A stretch of 23,544 nt of DNA. Source: a virus. A model generated the notes under the pieces. That model did no database searches. It was not told where the DNA came from and worked only from the letters and a program-made list of their open reading frames with translations. The translations under genes and the position numbers were made by a program. Shown one piece after another: positions 1-12,397 of this stretch (its first letter is position 1; the number at the start of each line of letters is the position of its first letter). The stretch is taken from UHGV virus genome UHGV-0332110, one strand, 5' to 3'.

Positions 1-2470
1 CAGATTTGTCAAAAGTCTGCCCCTGCATCAGGGCATAACCAGACGGAACGGTATCTGATGGCCACGGGATTGGTGCACCGACTGGATAAAACTCTGCAGG
101 AGGATGAGCCGAGGTGTAAAGCTGCGCCCACGGCGACCAGTTTGCGTCGGTCATATCCCGTCGTGAACGAATAAATGCCGGAGCATGAGCACCGCTTGTA
201 CCACTCCAGCCGATGAGTAACTCACCTTCGCCAACGGCTGTCATCCCTTTCAGGTGAATGATATTTCCATACGCTGTTGGATATCCGTTGTTATACACCT
301 CGTATAACTCAAGACCTGTTGCCCCCTGTGTATTGTCTGTCAGCGCGGTTACCCGACCTTTTGAAGACAGATTAACTGATGATACTGCTGTTCCACCTGA
401 CGGTAACGCCCCGATCTCTGATGCCGTTGGCTTATTTCTGGAGTTATAGTCCCTTCGCCAGCCAGGTGAATAATCTGTTCCGTGATTAATATAGGTAAAC
501 TGGGCGTTAGTTGTTCCACCACCAGTGGAGGTGGTCGGTGTGGTAATGCGGATCGTCATCGCTGACTTTATCCCCATTACTTCAATGACAGCTCCGGCGA
601 GATGAATATTACCGCAGCCAGTATCAGTAATGATTTTATTATTGCCATAAGACCAGGAACCCTTGCACATCCAGTATGGATGGTTAAATGCTCCCTGAGA
701 ATCCAGCCACTCGATAAACTGTGCAGTCGTCCAGTTTCCTGTTGTTGTGCTTACTGACCCACCGAAGGCACGGCAGGCACCAATATTTTTCGTAAAGGTG
801 TCTTTGCCAGGGATATCCGCACCGTTCTGATCTTTCTGCAGACGTTTCTCAGCATTGTCATTGGCTGCTTTTACTGCCTTTGGCGTTGCCGCCAGCGTTT
901 CAGACGTGCTGTTGGTCGCGCTGCTTAGCTGGATTATCCCTTTCTGTGCTGTCGTTGCATCCTGTGCGGTGTATTTCCCGTTAGCCAGGTCATACGCGGC
1001 CTTAACGGCTTTTGGCGTTGCCGCCAGTGACTCGGAAGTGCTGTTGGTCGCACTGCTGAGCTGTACTATCCCCTTTTTCGTCGTGCTCGCATCCTCAAGC
1101 GCCACGGCGGATGTAATATCCTCTGCCCGTTTTGCCGCTGTCTCAGCGCGCGTTGCTGCAGATTCCGCCGTACTTTTGCTCTGAGCTGCTGCCGTCGCAC
1201 TGCCAGCTGCCTCTGTCGCCTTCGTGGATGCCGTCGTGGCGCTACCCTTCGCTGCTGACGCCTGTCTGGTCGCCTCATCTTTTGAAGCAGACGCAGATGA
1301 TGCCGATGACGACGCCGAACTGGCTGACGATGCGGCAGCCGTTTTTGAGGATTCTGCGCTGGTTTCCGACGCTTTCGCGTTCGTTTCGGATGTCTTCGCT
1401 GCGGAAGCTGACCTCGCTGCTGCGCTGGCCTGTTCAGTGGCTTCGCCAGCCTTCGTTGTGGCTGTTGAAGCGGATGATGCGGCGCTTTCTGCCGACTTTC
1501 CGGCAGCGGTGGCACTGGCTGAGGCCTGCCCGGCACTTGTTGACGCGGCACTGGCAGACGACGCAGCCGCTGTTTTTGAGCCTGCCGCAGCTGAGGCGCT
1601 CTGTCCCGCTGCCGTCTCAGAAGACCTGGCGTTCGTCTCGGACGTTTTTGCCGCCTTCGCGGAATTTGCTGCCGCCGTTGCCGAGGAAGCTGCGCTACTG
1701 GCGCTCGAGGATGCGTTCGTTTCTGATGATTTTGCCGCCTCTTTTGAAGCCGACGCATCCCGGGCTGAGGTGGCAGCTTCTGACGCTTTCGTAGTCGCGG
1801 TGGATGCAGAAGTGGCTGCTGATTGTTGTGACGCTGCCGCATTCGTTTCTGACGTTTTCGCGGCACTGGCACTGGTAGCTGCCGCGCTTTTTGAGGACTC
1901 TGCAGCGGCAGCACTTTTTTCCGCTTCAGTGGCCTTTGTTGATGCCGTTCCTGCGCTGGAAGACGCTGACTGAGCCGACGAAGCGGCCTGTCCGGCTGAC
2001 GTGCTGGCTGCGCGTGCTGAGCCTGCAGCATCAGTCGCATGGGTTGCCGCCTCACGGGCAGATGTGCCGGCATCGCCGGCTGACTTCTTCGCGGCTGCCG
2101 TGTTCTGTGCCACCGCGGACGCGTTACGCGCCACCTCTTCCACCATCAGTTCAAAACGGCGCAGAGCCTCAGGACGGGCATCATCCTCCGTCATGGCACC
2201 GAGAAAATCATTCAGCGTACCGGGTCGGGAATCTTCATACACGGTGATGGTCCCGGCATGTGACGGCGGGAATCCTTCCACCAACAGAATAACGCTGTAC
2301 TGACCGTACTCAACGTCCATGCTGTAACGCCCGGCTTCATCCGGATTTTCTGAGGCCAGCGTGTTCACCACCACCGCGGTGCTGTTACGTTTTGCTTTCA
2401 GCTGGATTGTGCAGTTCTGTACCGGTTTTCCTGTGCCGTCTTTCAGTACACCTGAAATCTTTACTGCCAT
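1..2470 (-). CDS. stf: Side tail fiber protein Stf, N-terminal ~823 codons; 3' end lies beyond the window start
   Basis: ATG at 2470..2468 (minus) with GGGG-rich SD upstream. Translation begins [30 protein letters not shown], as I recall for lambda Stf. A long Ala/Ser/Thr/Glu-rich shaft follows, then two tandem fiber repeats ([26 protein letters not shown]) and a conserved [26 protein letters not shown] motif at the window edge. The ORF track lists no stop-terminated minus ORF starting at 2470, consistent with an open frame to the edge. The listed 1066..2073(-) and 1224..1973(+) ORFs are other frames of the same GC-rich repeat DNA. Confidence 0.85.
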   Translation of the reverse strand, partial: MAVKISGVLKDGTGKPVQNCTIQLKAKRNSTAVVVNTLASENPDEAGRYSMDVEYGQYSVILLVEGFPPSHAGTITVYEDSRPGTLNDFLGAMTEDDARPEALRRFELMVEEVARNASAVAQNTAAAKKSAGDAGTSAREAATHATDAAGSARAASTSAGQAASSAQSASSSAGTASTKATEAEKSAAAAESSKSAAATSASAAKTSETNAAASQQSAATSASTATTKASEAATSARDASASKEAAKSSETNASSSASSAASSATAAANSAKAAKTSETNARSSETAAGQSASAAAGSKTAAASSASAASTSAGQASASATAAGKSAESAASSASTATTKAGEATEQASAAARSASAAKTSETNAKASETSAESSKTAAASSASSASSSASSASASKDEATRQASAAKGSATTASTKATEAAGSATAAAQSKSTAESAATRAETAAKRAEDITSAVALEDASTTKKGIVQLSSATNSTSESLAATPKAVKAAYDLANGKYTAQDATTAQKGIIQLSSATNSTSETLAATPKAVKAANDNAEKRLQKDQNGADIPGKDTFTKNIGACRAFGGSVSTTTGNWTTAQFIEWLDSQGAFNHPYWMCKGSWSYGNNKIITDTGCGNIHLAGAVIEVMGIKSAMTIRITTPTTSTGGGTTNAQFTYINHGTDYSPGWRRDYNSRNKPTASEIGALPSGGTAVSSVNLSSKGRVTALTDNTQGATGLELYEVYNNGYPTAYGNIIHLKGMTAVGEGELLIGWSGTSGAHAPAFIRSRRDMTDANWSPWAQLYTSAHPPAEFYPVGAPIPWPSDTVPSGYALMQGQTFDKS
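868..1079 (-). repeat. Two tandem ~135-bp imperfect copies encoding the phage tail-fiber repeat motif inside stf
   Basis: Plus-strand 878..945 (cctttggcgttgccgccagcgtttcagacgtgctgttggtcgcgctgcttagctgg...) recurs at 1013..1079 with a few substitutions. On the minus strand each copy encodes KGI(V/I)[11 protein letters not shown](S/T)[11 protein letters not shown]. Confidence 0.8.
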
Positions 2471-2481
2471 ATTCACCCCAC

Positions 2482-2507
2482 AAAAAAGCCCGCCTGAACA
2501 GGCGGGC
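2482..2507 (-). terminator. Candidate rho-independent terminator downstream of lom
   Basis: Minus-strand reading gives GCCCGCC-TGTTCA-GGCGGGC followed by TTTTTT (plus-strand A-run 2482..2487, stem arms 2488..2494 and 2501..2507). It sits 11 nt upstream of the stf start. Confidence 0.55.
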
Positions 2508-2534
2508 TGTCATAACACTGTGTTACCTGGCTAA

Positions 2535-3134
2535 TCAGAACTTATAACCGACACCCACGATGAAACCGTCAGTGCGCCAGTCACCACTGCCGGAGCCTTC
2601 ATAAGCAATATCAATGGCCACGGATTCGGTCGGGTTAAACTGCACGCCAGCCCCCCACGCCAGAGACGTGTTGCTGTGGCGACCGTCATCACTTCCGGTC
2701 AGCACATCGTGCTTTTTCCCCTTGTTGTCAGTTACGCGGAGATAATCCCCGGAGAAAGTCGACACACGGCTGTAAGCCACACCCGCCATCGCATACGCGC
2801 TGAACCATTCATTCACGCGCACAGACGGCCCCGCCATTACGCTGAACCAGCGGTTACGAACGGAATCTTCATGCCAGCGGGTATCGCTGTAACGGGTAAT
2901 CTGGCGATTCTTGTCTCCTGCATAGCTGAACGACGTCACCATCCCCAGTGTGTCCGTAAACTCATAACGGTATTTCACGTTAATCCCGTTCAGATCATCA
3001 CTGCCGGGAACGTTCGTCCGGGCATGAAGATACCCCGCGCTCAGCGTGGACTGATGTTCAGACGCCCATGCAGGCGCACCGGATACGGCCAGACAAATGG
3101 CTGCGGACAAAATGGCGGCATAAAGTTTACGCAT
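2535..3134 (-). CDS. lom: Lom/Ail/PagC-family outer-membrane beta-barrel protein (moron gene)
   Basis: 199 aa with an N-terminal signal peptide ([24 protein letters not shown]). The C-terminus [28 protein letters not shown] ends in aromatic-X-aromatic like an OMP and matches lambda Lom as I recall it. The N-terminal half differs from lambda Lom. Position between J and stf is as in lambda. Confidence 0.85.
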   Translation of the reverse strand: MRKLYAAILSAAICLAVSGAPAWASEHQSTLSAGYLHARTNVPGSDDLNGINVKYRYEFTDTLGMVTSFSYAGDKNRQITRYSDTRWHEDSVRNRWFSVMAGPSVRVNEWFSAYAMAGVAYSRVSTFSGDYLRVTDNKGKKHDVLTGSDDGRHSNTSLAWGAGVQFNPTESVAIDIAYEGSGSGDWRTDGFIVGVGYKF

Positions 3135-3158
3135 AATTACCTCTCGCTTTTCTGCAAT

Positions 3159-3182
3159 AAAAAAGGCGTCATTCCTGACGCC
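3159..3182 (-). terminator. Candidate rho-independent terminator downstream of J
   Basis: Minus-strand reading gives GGCGTCA-GGAA-TGACGCC followed by TTTTTT (plus-strand A-run 3159..3164, stem arms 3165..3171 and 3176..3182), between the J stop (3201) and the lom start (3134). Confidence 0.5.
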
Positions 3183-3200
3183 CGTTCTGGGTTATAAAAT

Positions 3201-6602
<3,402 letters not shown>

Positions 6603-6659
6603 TCACGCTCCATAAACGACAAAACCGCCCGCAGGCGGTTTCACATAAAACATTTTTCA

Positions 6660-7301
6660 TCAGCGACCAATCACCACAACCTGACCACCATCACCTTCAT
6701 CTGCTGTGCTGATCTCCTGAGATACCACCCGCGACCCCACACGCATTTCACCGTACAGAACGGGCAGGACATTGCCCTGGGCAACCATATTATCCAGTGA
6801 AGAAAAATAGGTGTTCTGTTTGCCGTTATCCGTTGTCTGTGTGCGGGGGGTTTTGGGTTTAGGGGCCAGCATCTGTGCAACACCGCCAAGCGTCATACTG
6901 GCACCGAGAGAAAACAGCAGATTACTCGCCATAATTCCTACCCCCGGCATCCATATAGCAACCGCCATAACAGCCGCCCCCAGCACAGCCTGAAACACAC
7001 CGCCACTTTTGGCTCCTGCCAGACGCGGCACGATATGGATCACAGCACCATTTGCCAGCGGTTCATTAAGACGGGCTGATAATTCATTTTCGCCTGCATC
7101 ACGCCCGGCAATCCGTACCTGATACCAGCCGTCGCTCAGTTTCTGACGAAACACCGGGAGCTGTGTGGCCAGTGCGCGGATGGCTTCAGCCCCCGTTTTC
7201 ACACGAAGGTCGATGCGGCGGCCAAATCGTTGCAAATCCCCGTAAAGGCAGATGCGCGCCATGCCCGGTGACGCCAGAGGGAGTGTGTGCGTCGCTGCCA
7301 T
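6660..7301 (-). CDS. I: Tail assembly protein I
   Basis: 213 aa beginning MAATHTLPLASPGMARICLYGDLQRFGRRIDLRVKTGAEAIRALATQLP, matching lambda gpI. It overlaps the 3' end of K by 103 nt in another frame, as in lambda. Confidence 0.9.
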   Translation of the reverse strand: MAATHTLPLASPGMARICLYGDLQRFGRRIDLRVKTGAEAIRALATQLPVFRQKLSDGWYQVRIAGRDAGENELSARLNEPLANGAVIHIVPRLAGAKSGGVFQAVLGAAVMAVAIWMPGVGIMASNLLFSLGASMTLGGVAQMLAPKPKTPRTQTTDNGKQNTYFSSLDNMVAQGNVLPVLYGEMRVGSRVVSQEISTADEGDGGQVVVIGR

Positions 7302-7942
7302 TTGTCGGTATACCTCTCTCGTTTGCTCAGTTGTTCAGGAATATGGTGCAGCAGCTCGCCATCACCACAGTAAATGGCGGCATGATTCGGCACCGATGAA
7401 CCAAAACAGCACAGCAGCACATCGCCCGGTTGTGCTGATGACAACGGTACCTGATACAGCCCTGTGGCCTCCAGATTATCCAGATAGAGATTCTGACCGT
7501 GACGCCACCAGTCATCCTCGCGATGAAAATCCGGCATCTCAATCCCCGCCAGATGATAAGCATCCCGGAACAGCGTGTAACAGTCCGTCACCCCGTGCTC
7601 AAAGCGCCGCCCGGTGAGATGCGGCACACAGCGGAACTTATGAATCGTCCCCCGGCAGACCAGCCACCACGGCAAATCACTCTGCACCTGCAGCCGCCGG
7701 TCGGCCTCACTCAGCCAGGGCAGACCACCGGGGTGGCTGTGGACCAGCGCCACAATCTCACCCTGCATTTCTGCCTGCAGCCAGTCTTCCGGCGACATAC
7801 GGAAATACGCCTCCGGCTCACCGGAGATATTCACGCAGGGGAAATATCTTTCCCCCTCCGGCGTGCTTACCACGAAGCCGCACGACTCCGCTGGCGCACA
7901 TCGCCGGGCGTGCGCCAGAATCGCTGATTCTGTCTGTGTCAT
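7199..7942 (-). CDS. K: Tail assembly protein K (MPN/JAMM-like plus NlpC/P60-like regions)
   Basis: 247-aa ORF starting MTQTESAILAHARRCAPAESCGFVV. It contains EIVALVHSHPGG (JAMM-type HxH motif) and a Cys/His-containing C-terminal half. The classical lambda annotation starts at the internal Met (MSPEDWLQ..., 199 aa); which start is used is not decidable from sequence. Confidence 0.88.
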   Translation of the reverse strand: MTQTESAILAHARRCAPAESCGFVVSTPEGERYFPCVNISGEPEAYFRMSPEDWLQAEMQGEIVALVHSHPGGLPWLSEADRRLQVQSDLPWWLVCRGTIHKFRCVPHLTGRRFEHGVTDCYTLFRDAYHLAGIEMPDFHREDDWWRHGQNLYLDNLEATGLYQVPLSSAQPGDVLLCCFGSSVPNHAAIYCGDGELLHHIPEQLSKRERYTDKWQRRTHSLWRHRAWRASAFTGICNDLAAASTFV

Positions 7943-7947
7943 GGGAT

Positions 7948-8646
7948 TTACTGCGAAAGTTTGTTAATGGAAAGGAAGCCGCCAAAGTTGCCGACGTTAT
8001 TGCGAAACTTACAGCCACTCAGGCATTTGCTGCATTTATCCTTCGTGATATCGGACGTTGTCTGGTCATATTCATCCGCGACCGCCGGACCGTGATAACC
8101 GCACTCATCGCCGCGATAGGTCCAGGTGCAGGTGTTGGCCAACATGATACGTCCCGGAAAAACAGCGCCATCTGTTTCCGTCGGCGTGGACAGTACAAAG
8201 GAGGCACTCACCGCGCTCAGTTCGCTGCACTGCTCGATGCGCCAGCGGCTGATCACCTCCTGCTCCGGATCGGCGTCACTGTTTCCGTTAACGAAGTTCA
8301 CCGCATCCAGAAAACGGGCGTAAACCTTACGCCGGACCACCGTTCCGCCGACCAGACTCTGCAGATCTTCCGCCATCCCGGTGACCATACCGTACAGGTT
8401 AGAAACCGTCAGCGTGGGGCGCGTACTGGTGCCTTTGCCATTCAGTTCAAAACCACTCCCCTGAATGGGATACGGCTGATACTGTCGCCCCTGCCAGGTG
8501 ACCGGCTCACCTTTTTCGTTCTGCTCATTACAGAAAAAATAACGTTCTCCACCGACCTCTGTCAGGTCGATTTCCCAGAGCACCACGCTGGCCGACTGCT
8601 CCGCACGGGTGCATTCATTCAGTGTTTCCTGCCGGATATCCTGCAT
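7948..8646 (-). CDS. L: Tail tip assembly protein L
   Basis: 232 aa, MQDIRQETLNECTRAEQSASVVLWEIDLTEVGGERYFFCNEQNEKGEPVTWQGRQYQPYPIQGSGFELNGKGT..., matching lambda gpL. Its start overlaps the M stop by 1 nt (ATGA). Confidence 0.93.
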   Translation of the reverse strand: MQDIRQETLNECTRAEQSASVVLWEIDLTEVGGERYFFCNEQNEKGEPVTWQGRQYQPYPIQGSGFELNGKGTSTRPTLTVSNLYGMVTGMAEDLQSLVGGTVVRRKVYARFLDAVNFVNGNSDADPEQEVISRWRIEQCSELSAVSASFVLSTPTETDGAVFPGRIMLANTCTWTYRGDECGYHGPAVADEYDQTTSDITKDKCSKCLSGCKFRNNVGNFGGFLSINKLSQ

Positions 8647-8975
8647 CAGTTCACCACCTGTTCAAACTCTGCGCTGAACTCAACACGCAGCATACTGACC
8701 CGCGACGACCATTTTGCGCAGGTCACCTTTATCTGCCGCCACTCATAAGGCGGCGTCCACAGAAAGGCTTTCCAGCCCCCGTGCTCTTCCAGAAACGACT
8801 CCAGTACCGTGGCCTCCTCACGGGGGACAGAAAGCGTCACGCTGTACGTTTTCAGGTTGGCATTCAGCCCGGCAGGCGCTCGCTGGGAATAGCCATCACC
8901 AAAGCGCACCTTTCTTACAGAAGGGGCCGAAGCCACATCCATACCGGGTTTCACTTTCCAGCGGAAGGTTTTCAT
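8646..8975 (-). CDS. M: Tail tip protein M
   Basis: 109 aa, MKTFRWKVKPGMDVASAPSVRKVRFGDGYSQRAPAGLNANLKTYSVTLSVPREEATVLESFLEEHGGWKAFLWTPPYEW..., matching lambda gpM. Confidence 0.93.
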   Translation of the reverse strand: MKTFRWKVKPGMDVASAPSVRKVRFGDGYSQRAPAGLNANLKTYSVTLSVPREEATVLESFLEEHGGWKAFLWTPPYEWRQIKVTCAKWSSRVSMLRVEFSAEFEQVVN

Positions 8976-11551
8976 CGTCCACCTCCGGAGAACAGGCCAC
9001 CATCACGCATCTGTGTCTGAATTTCATCACGGGCACCCTTGCGGGCCATGTCATACACTGCCTTCATCATCTGTGGACCTGGCAGACCATTCGTACCGTC
9101 GTTCTGAATCACCACGTGATTGTTCTGATTAAAATTAATGCCTTCAGCCCGCCGCATCTGCGCCGGACTTCCGGCACCGCCCACATAACCACCTTCCGCA
9201 TAGCCCCGCATCAGGCGGTACAGGTTGCCGACACCAATCCGGCTGGTTGCCTCCTTCGTGAAGACAAATTCACCACGGTGAACAATCCCCGCTGGCTCAT
9301 ATTTGCCGCCGGTTCCCGTAAATCCCCCGGTCGCAAAATGGAATTTCGCCGCAGCGGCCTGAATGGCTGTACCGCCTGACGCGGATGCTCCACCACTGGC
9401 AGCACCGCCAATGGCGCTGCCGATACTCCCGACAATCCCCACCATTGCCTGCTTAAGCAGAATTTCTGTCATCATGGACAGCACGGAACGGGTGAAGCTG
9501 CGCCAGTTCTGCTCACTGCCGGTCAGCATCGCCGCCATATTCTGTGCAATACCATCAAAGGTCTGCGTGGCTGCACTTTTAACCTGCGACATACTGTCCG
9601 TGGCGCTCTCTTCCCACTCACTCCAGCCGGACTTCAGGCCTGCCATCCAGCTCCCGCGAAGCTGGTCTTCAGCCGCCCAGGTCTTTTTCTGCTCTGACAT
9701 GACGTTATTCAGCGCCAGCGGATTATCGCCATACTGTTCCTTCAGGCGCTGTTCCGTGGCTTCCCGTTCTGCCTGCCGGTCAGTCAGCCCCCGGCTTTTC
9801 GCATCAATGGCGGCCCGTTTTGCCCGTTGCTGCTGTGCGAATTTATCCGCCTGCTGCGCCAGCGCGTTCAGGCGCTCCTGATACGTAACCTTGTCGCCAA
9901 GTGCAGCCAGCTGGCGTTTGTACTCCAGCGTCTCATCTTTATGCGCCAGCAGGGATTTCTCCTGTGCAGACAGCTGGCGACGTTGCGCCGCCTCCTCCAG
10001 TACCGCGAACTGACTCTCCGCCTTCCACAAATCCCGGCGCTGCTGGCTGATTTTCTCATTCGCTCCGGCATGCTTCTCCAGCGTCCGGAGTTCTGCCTGA
10101 AGCGTCAGCAGGGCAGCATGAGCACTGTCTTCCTGACGATCGCCCGCAGACACCTTCACGCCGGACTGTTTCGGCTTTTTCAGCGTCGCTTCATAATCCT
10201 TTTTCGCCGCCGCCATCAGCGTGTTGTAATCCGCCTGCAGGATTTTCCCGTCTTTCAGTGCCTTGTTCAGTTCTTCCTGACGGGCGGTATATTTCTCCAG
10301 CGGCGTCTGCAGCCGTTCGTAAGCCTTCTGCGCCTCTTCGGTATATTTCAGCCGTGATGCCTCAGACTCGGCCCAGTCCTTTGCTGCCATCTCTCTGGCC
10401 TTTTCAAGATCGGCCTGCAACGTGGCGGCTGAAAGTCCAAGTTGCGCATTCGCTCTGTCCTCCCATGCTCCCCGGAGATTGGCAAGAAATGCTGAGGTTT
10501 TACCGCGCCGGTGGCTCCGGCTCTGATACCACTGCCATTTTTTGTCCGCCTCATCAAAAGCCTTTTCTGCTTTCTCCAGCATTCCCTGGGCAGTGTCCGG
10601 GCGACCAATATCCAGCACCGAATCCCACATGGATTTGAATGCCCGTGCTGTCCTGTCTGCCCAGGTCTCCAGCGTGCCCATGTTCTCTTTCAGGCGGCGG
10701 GTCTGGTCATCAAACCCTTTCGTTGCGGCCTCGTTCGCCGCCTGCAATGCCCCGGCTTCATCTCCGGAACGCTGCAACTGAGCAACATACGCAATCTGCT
10801 CCGCCGTCACGTTATGGAACTGACGTGCCATCGCTGTCAGTCCCGACGTCGGGTCTGTGGTCAGCTTCCCGAAGGCTTCAGCGACCTTGTCCACCTCCAC
10901 GCCGGATGCAGAGGAGAAACGCGCCACACTCTGGCTGATCGCCTCAAACTGCTCACCACCACGCACACCGGCATTCACCAGCGCCGTCAGTGACTCGCTG
11001 GTCTGGTTAAACGTCAGCCCTGCCGCCTGCCCGGCTCTGGACAGGACCAGCATACGATCTGCCGTCAGTCCCGCCTGATTGCCGGAAAGGACCAGCGTTT
11101 TGTTGAAATCGGACAGGGTTGAGTTGCCCTGATACCAGGCATACGCCAGCGCACCGGTCGCTACCGCCAGCGAGGTGGCCCCCACCATCGGCAGGGTGAT
11201 CGCACCGGCAAGCCCCCTGAACATGGGGATCATCCCGCCGAAGGAGTCCTTAACCTGACCCCCCTGTTGCAGCAGGATCAGCCACGGGCTTTGCCCGCCT
11301 GCAAGCTGCGTGGCCACGTCGGTGAACTGTGCAGGCAGCATACGCATGGCGGCTTTATACTGTCCGACGGAAATCCCCGCTTTCTGTGCAGCCAGCGCCT
11401 GCCGGTTCATTGACTGTTCAACGACTGCCGCTGTTTTTTTCGCATCACTTTCCGTACCGGAAAAATGACGCCTGACTCTGGCCATCTGCTCGTCAAATCT
11501 GGCCGCATCCAGACTCAAATCAACGACCAGATCGCCTACCGGTTCAGCCAT
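8972..11551 (-). CDS. H: Tail tape measure protein H
   Basis: 859 aa (lambda gpH is about 853). Starts MAEPVGDLVVDLSLDAARFDEQMARVRRHFSGTESDAKK, is long and coiled-coil/Ala-Gln-rich in the middle, and has a Gly-rich C-terminal region with ...ARKGARDEIQTQMRDGGLFSGGGR. Sits between G/T and M. Confidence 0.95.
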   Translation of the reverse strand: MAEPVGDLVVDLSLDAARFDEQMARVRRHFSGTESDAKKTAAVVEQSMNRQALAAQKAGISVGQYKAAMRMLPAQFTDVATQLAGGQSPWLILLQQGGQVKDSFGGMIPMFRGLAGAITLPMVGATSLAVATGALAYAWYQGNSTLSDFNKTLVLSGNQAGLTADRMLVLSRAGQAAGLTFNQTSESLTALVNAGVRGGEQFEAISQSVARFSSASGVEVDKVAEAFGKLTTDPTSGLTAMARQFHNVTAEQIAYVAQLQRSGDEAGALQAANEAATKGFDDQTRRLKENMGTLETWADRTARAFKSMWDSVLDIGRPDTAQGMLEKAEKAFDEADKKWQWYQSRSHRRGKTSAFLANLRGAWEDRANAQLGLSAATLQADLEKAREMAAKDWAESEASRLKYTEEAQKAYERLQTPLEKYTARQEELNKALKDGKILQADYNTLMAAAKKDYEATLKKPKQSGVKVSAGDRQEDSAHAALLTLQAELRTLEKHAGANEKISQQRRDLWKAESQFAVLEEAAQRRQLSAQEKSLLAHKDETLEYKRQLAALGDKVTYQERLNALAQQADKFAQQQRAKRAAIDAKSRGLTDRQAEREATEQRLKEQYGDNPLALNNVMSEQKKTWAAEDQLRGSWMAGLKSGWSEWEESATDSMSQVKSAATQTFDGIAQNMAAMLTGSEQNWRSFTRSVLSMMTEILLKQAMVGIVGSIGSAIGGAASGGASASGGTAIQAAAAKFHFATGGFTGTGGKYEPAGIVHRGEFVFTKEATSRIGVGNLYRLMRGYAEGGYVGGAGSPAQMRRAEGINFNQNNHVVIQNDGTNGLPGPQMMKAVYDMARKGARDEIQTQMRDGGLFSGGGR

Positions 11552-11978
11552 ACCGGACTCCTCCTGCGATCCCTTCTGATACTGTCATCAGCATTACGTC
11601 ATCCTCCGTCATGTCCGCCACATCCGGGGAAGCGGGGATAACTTCATTCCCGTCCGGGCCAAAGCGGACGCCTCCGGCAAGCCCTGCCGCTTTCTGCATC
11701 AGCACATCATCTTCAGGCTCTTCGTCAGCCTCGCGCCGGTTCAGCAGACTGAAATCCAGCGGATGCATATCCGGATCGCTGAAAAACAGGCTGAGTACGG
11801 TGTACGTCAGCCCGGAAAAGTGCATATCCAGCAGAACATCATGAAAATAATGGGTACTGTAAAAGCGGTGCCAGTCGGCATACTCCGTGGATGACATCCC
11901 GGCAAGCATGGCGCGCCAGTCGGGTCGCCCCATCTCACGCGCCAGTTTCAGGGCAAAACTCAGCTCACCGTCGAACAC
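11544..11978 (-). CDS. T: T frame of the G-T tail assembly chaperone, expressed as a G-T fusion by -1 programmed frameshift
   Basis: Open frame translating (G K) VFDGELSFALKLAREMGRPDWRAMLAGMSSTEYADWHRFYSTHYFHDVLLDMHFSGLTYTV..., in the -1 frame relative to G and beginning exactly at the slippery heptamer. No independent ATG/SD; the track's first codon is GTG. Confidence 0.85.
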   Translation of the reverse strand: MFDGELSFALKLAREMGRPDWRAMLAGMSSTEYADWHRFYSTHYFHDVLLDMHFSGLTYTVLSLFFSDPDMHPLDFSLLNRREADEEPEDDVLMQKAAGLAGGVRFGPDGNEVIPASPDVADMTEDDVMLMTVSEGIAGGVRYG

Positions 11979-12382
11979 TTTCCCGCAGAAACAGGCTCTG
12001 CTGGCCCGGCGTCATCTGCCTGTTCAGGTGCATCATTCACAACAAACTCAGACATACCGGACAGACGCATTACCACATTTTCAGCCTGAGCAATTGCCTC
12101 TGTGGGCCAGGTGGTAAGCACTTCCTGCTCAATCTGTTTAACGGCTTCATTCATGGACGGCATCTTTGTCTTCTGCGGATGGCTATGCCACAGGGACATC
12201 GCCACCAGAAAAGCACCGGTTCTGATGGCGTCTTCCACAGTAAACTTCCGGTTGCTGTCTGACTCCGCCTGTTCTGCCTGCCGTTTCATCAGGGCGAGAT
12301 GCTCAATACGCTGCAGGGCTGACAGTTCAGAAAGCGTGACGGTCACACCGTTATGTTCAAATGATTCGGTTTTCAGGAACAT
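11960..12382 (-). CDS. G: Tail assembly chaperone G
   Basis: 140 aa, MFLKTESFEHNGVTVTLSELSALQRIEHLALMKRQAEQAESDSNRKFTVEDAIRTGAFLVAMSLWH..., matching lambda gpG. The slippery site lies 6 codons before its stop. Confidence 0.93.
   Translation of the reverse strand: MFLKTESFEHNGVTVTLSELSALQRIEHLALMKRQAEQAESDSNRKFTVEDAIRTGAFLVAMSLWHSHPQKTKMPSMNEAVKQIEQEVLTTWPTEAIAQAENVVMRLSGMSEFVVNDAPEQADDAGPAEPVSAGKCSTVS
11978..11984 (-). other. G-T -1 programmed ribosomal frameshift slippery heptamer G GGA AAG
   Basis: Minus-strand sequence 11984->11978 is GGGAAAG. In the G frame it reads G.GGA.AAG (Gly-Lys near the G C-terminus ...SAGKCSTVS); in the -1 frame it continues into the T ORF. This is the heptamer known for lambda G-T. 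Confidence 0.85.
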
Positions 12383-12397
12383 CTCTGACTCTCCGGA

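Noticed and set aside
1066-2073. 335-aa minus-strand ORF rich in Arg/Gln/Pro, and the 249-aa Ala/Asp-rich plus-strand ORF at 1224..1973
   Set aside because: Both are alternative frames or antisense of the repetitive GC-rich stf shaft region. The stf frame, anchored by the [13 protein letters not shown]-terminus at 2470, is the coding one.
7936-8748. 270-aa plus-strand ORF
   Set aside because: Antisense to the tail genes L and M; no independent support.
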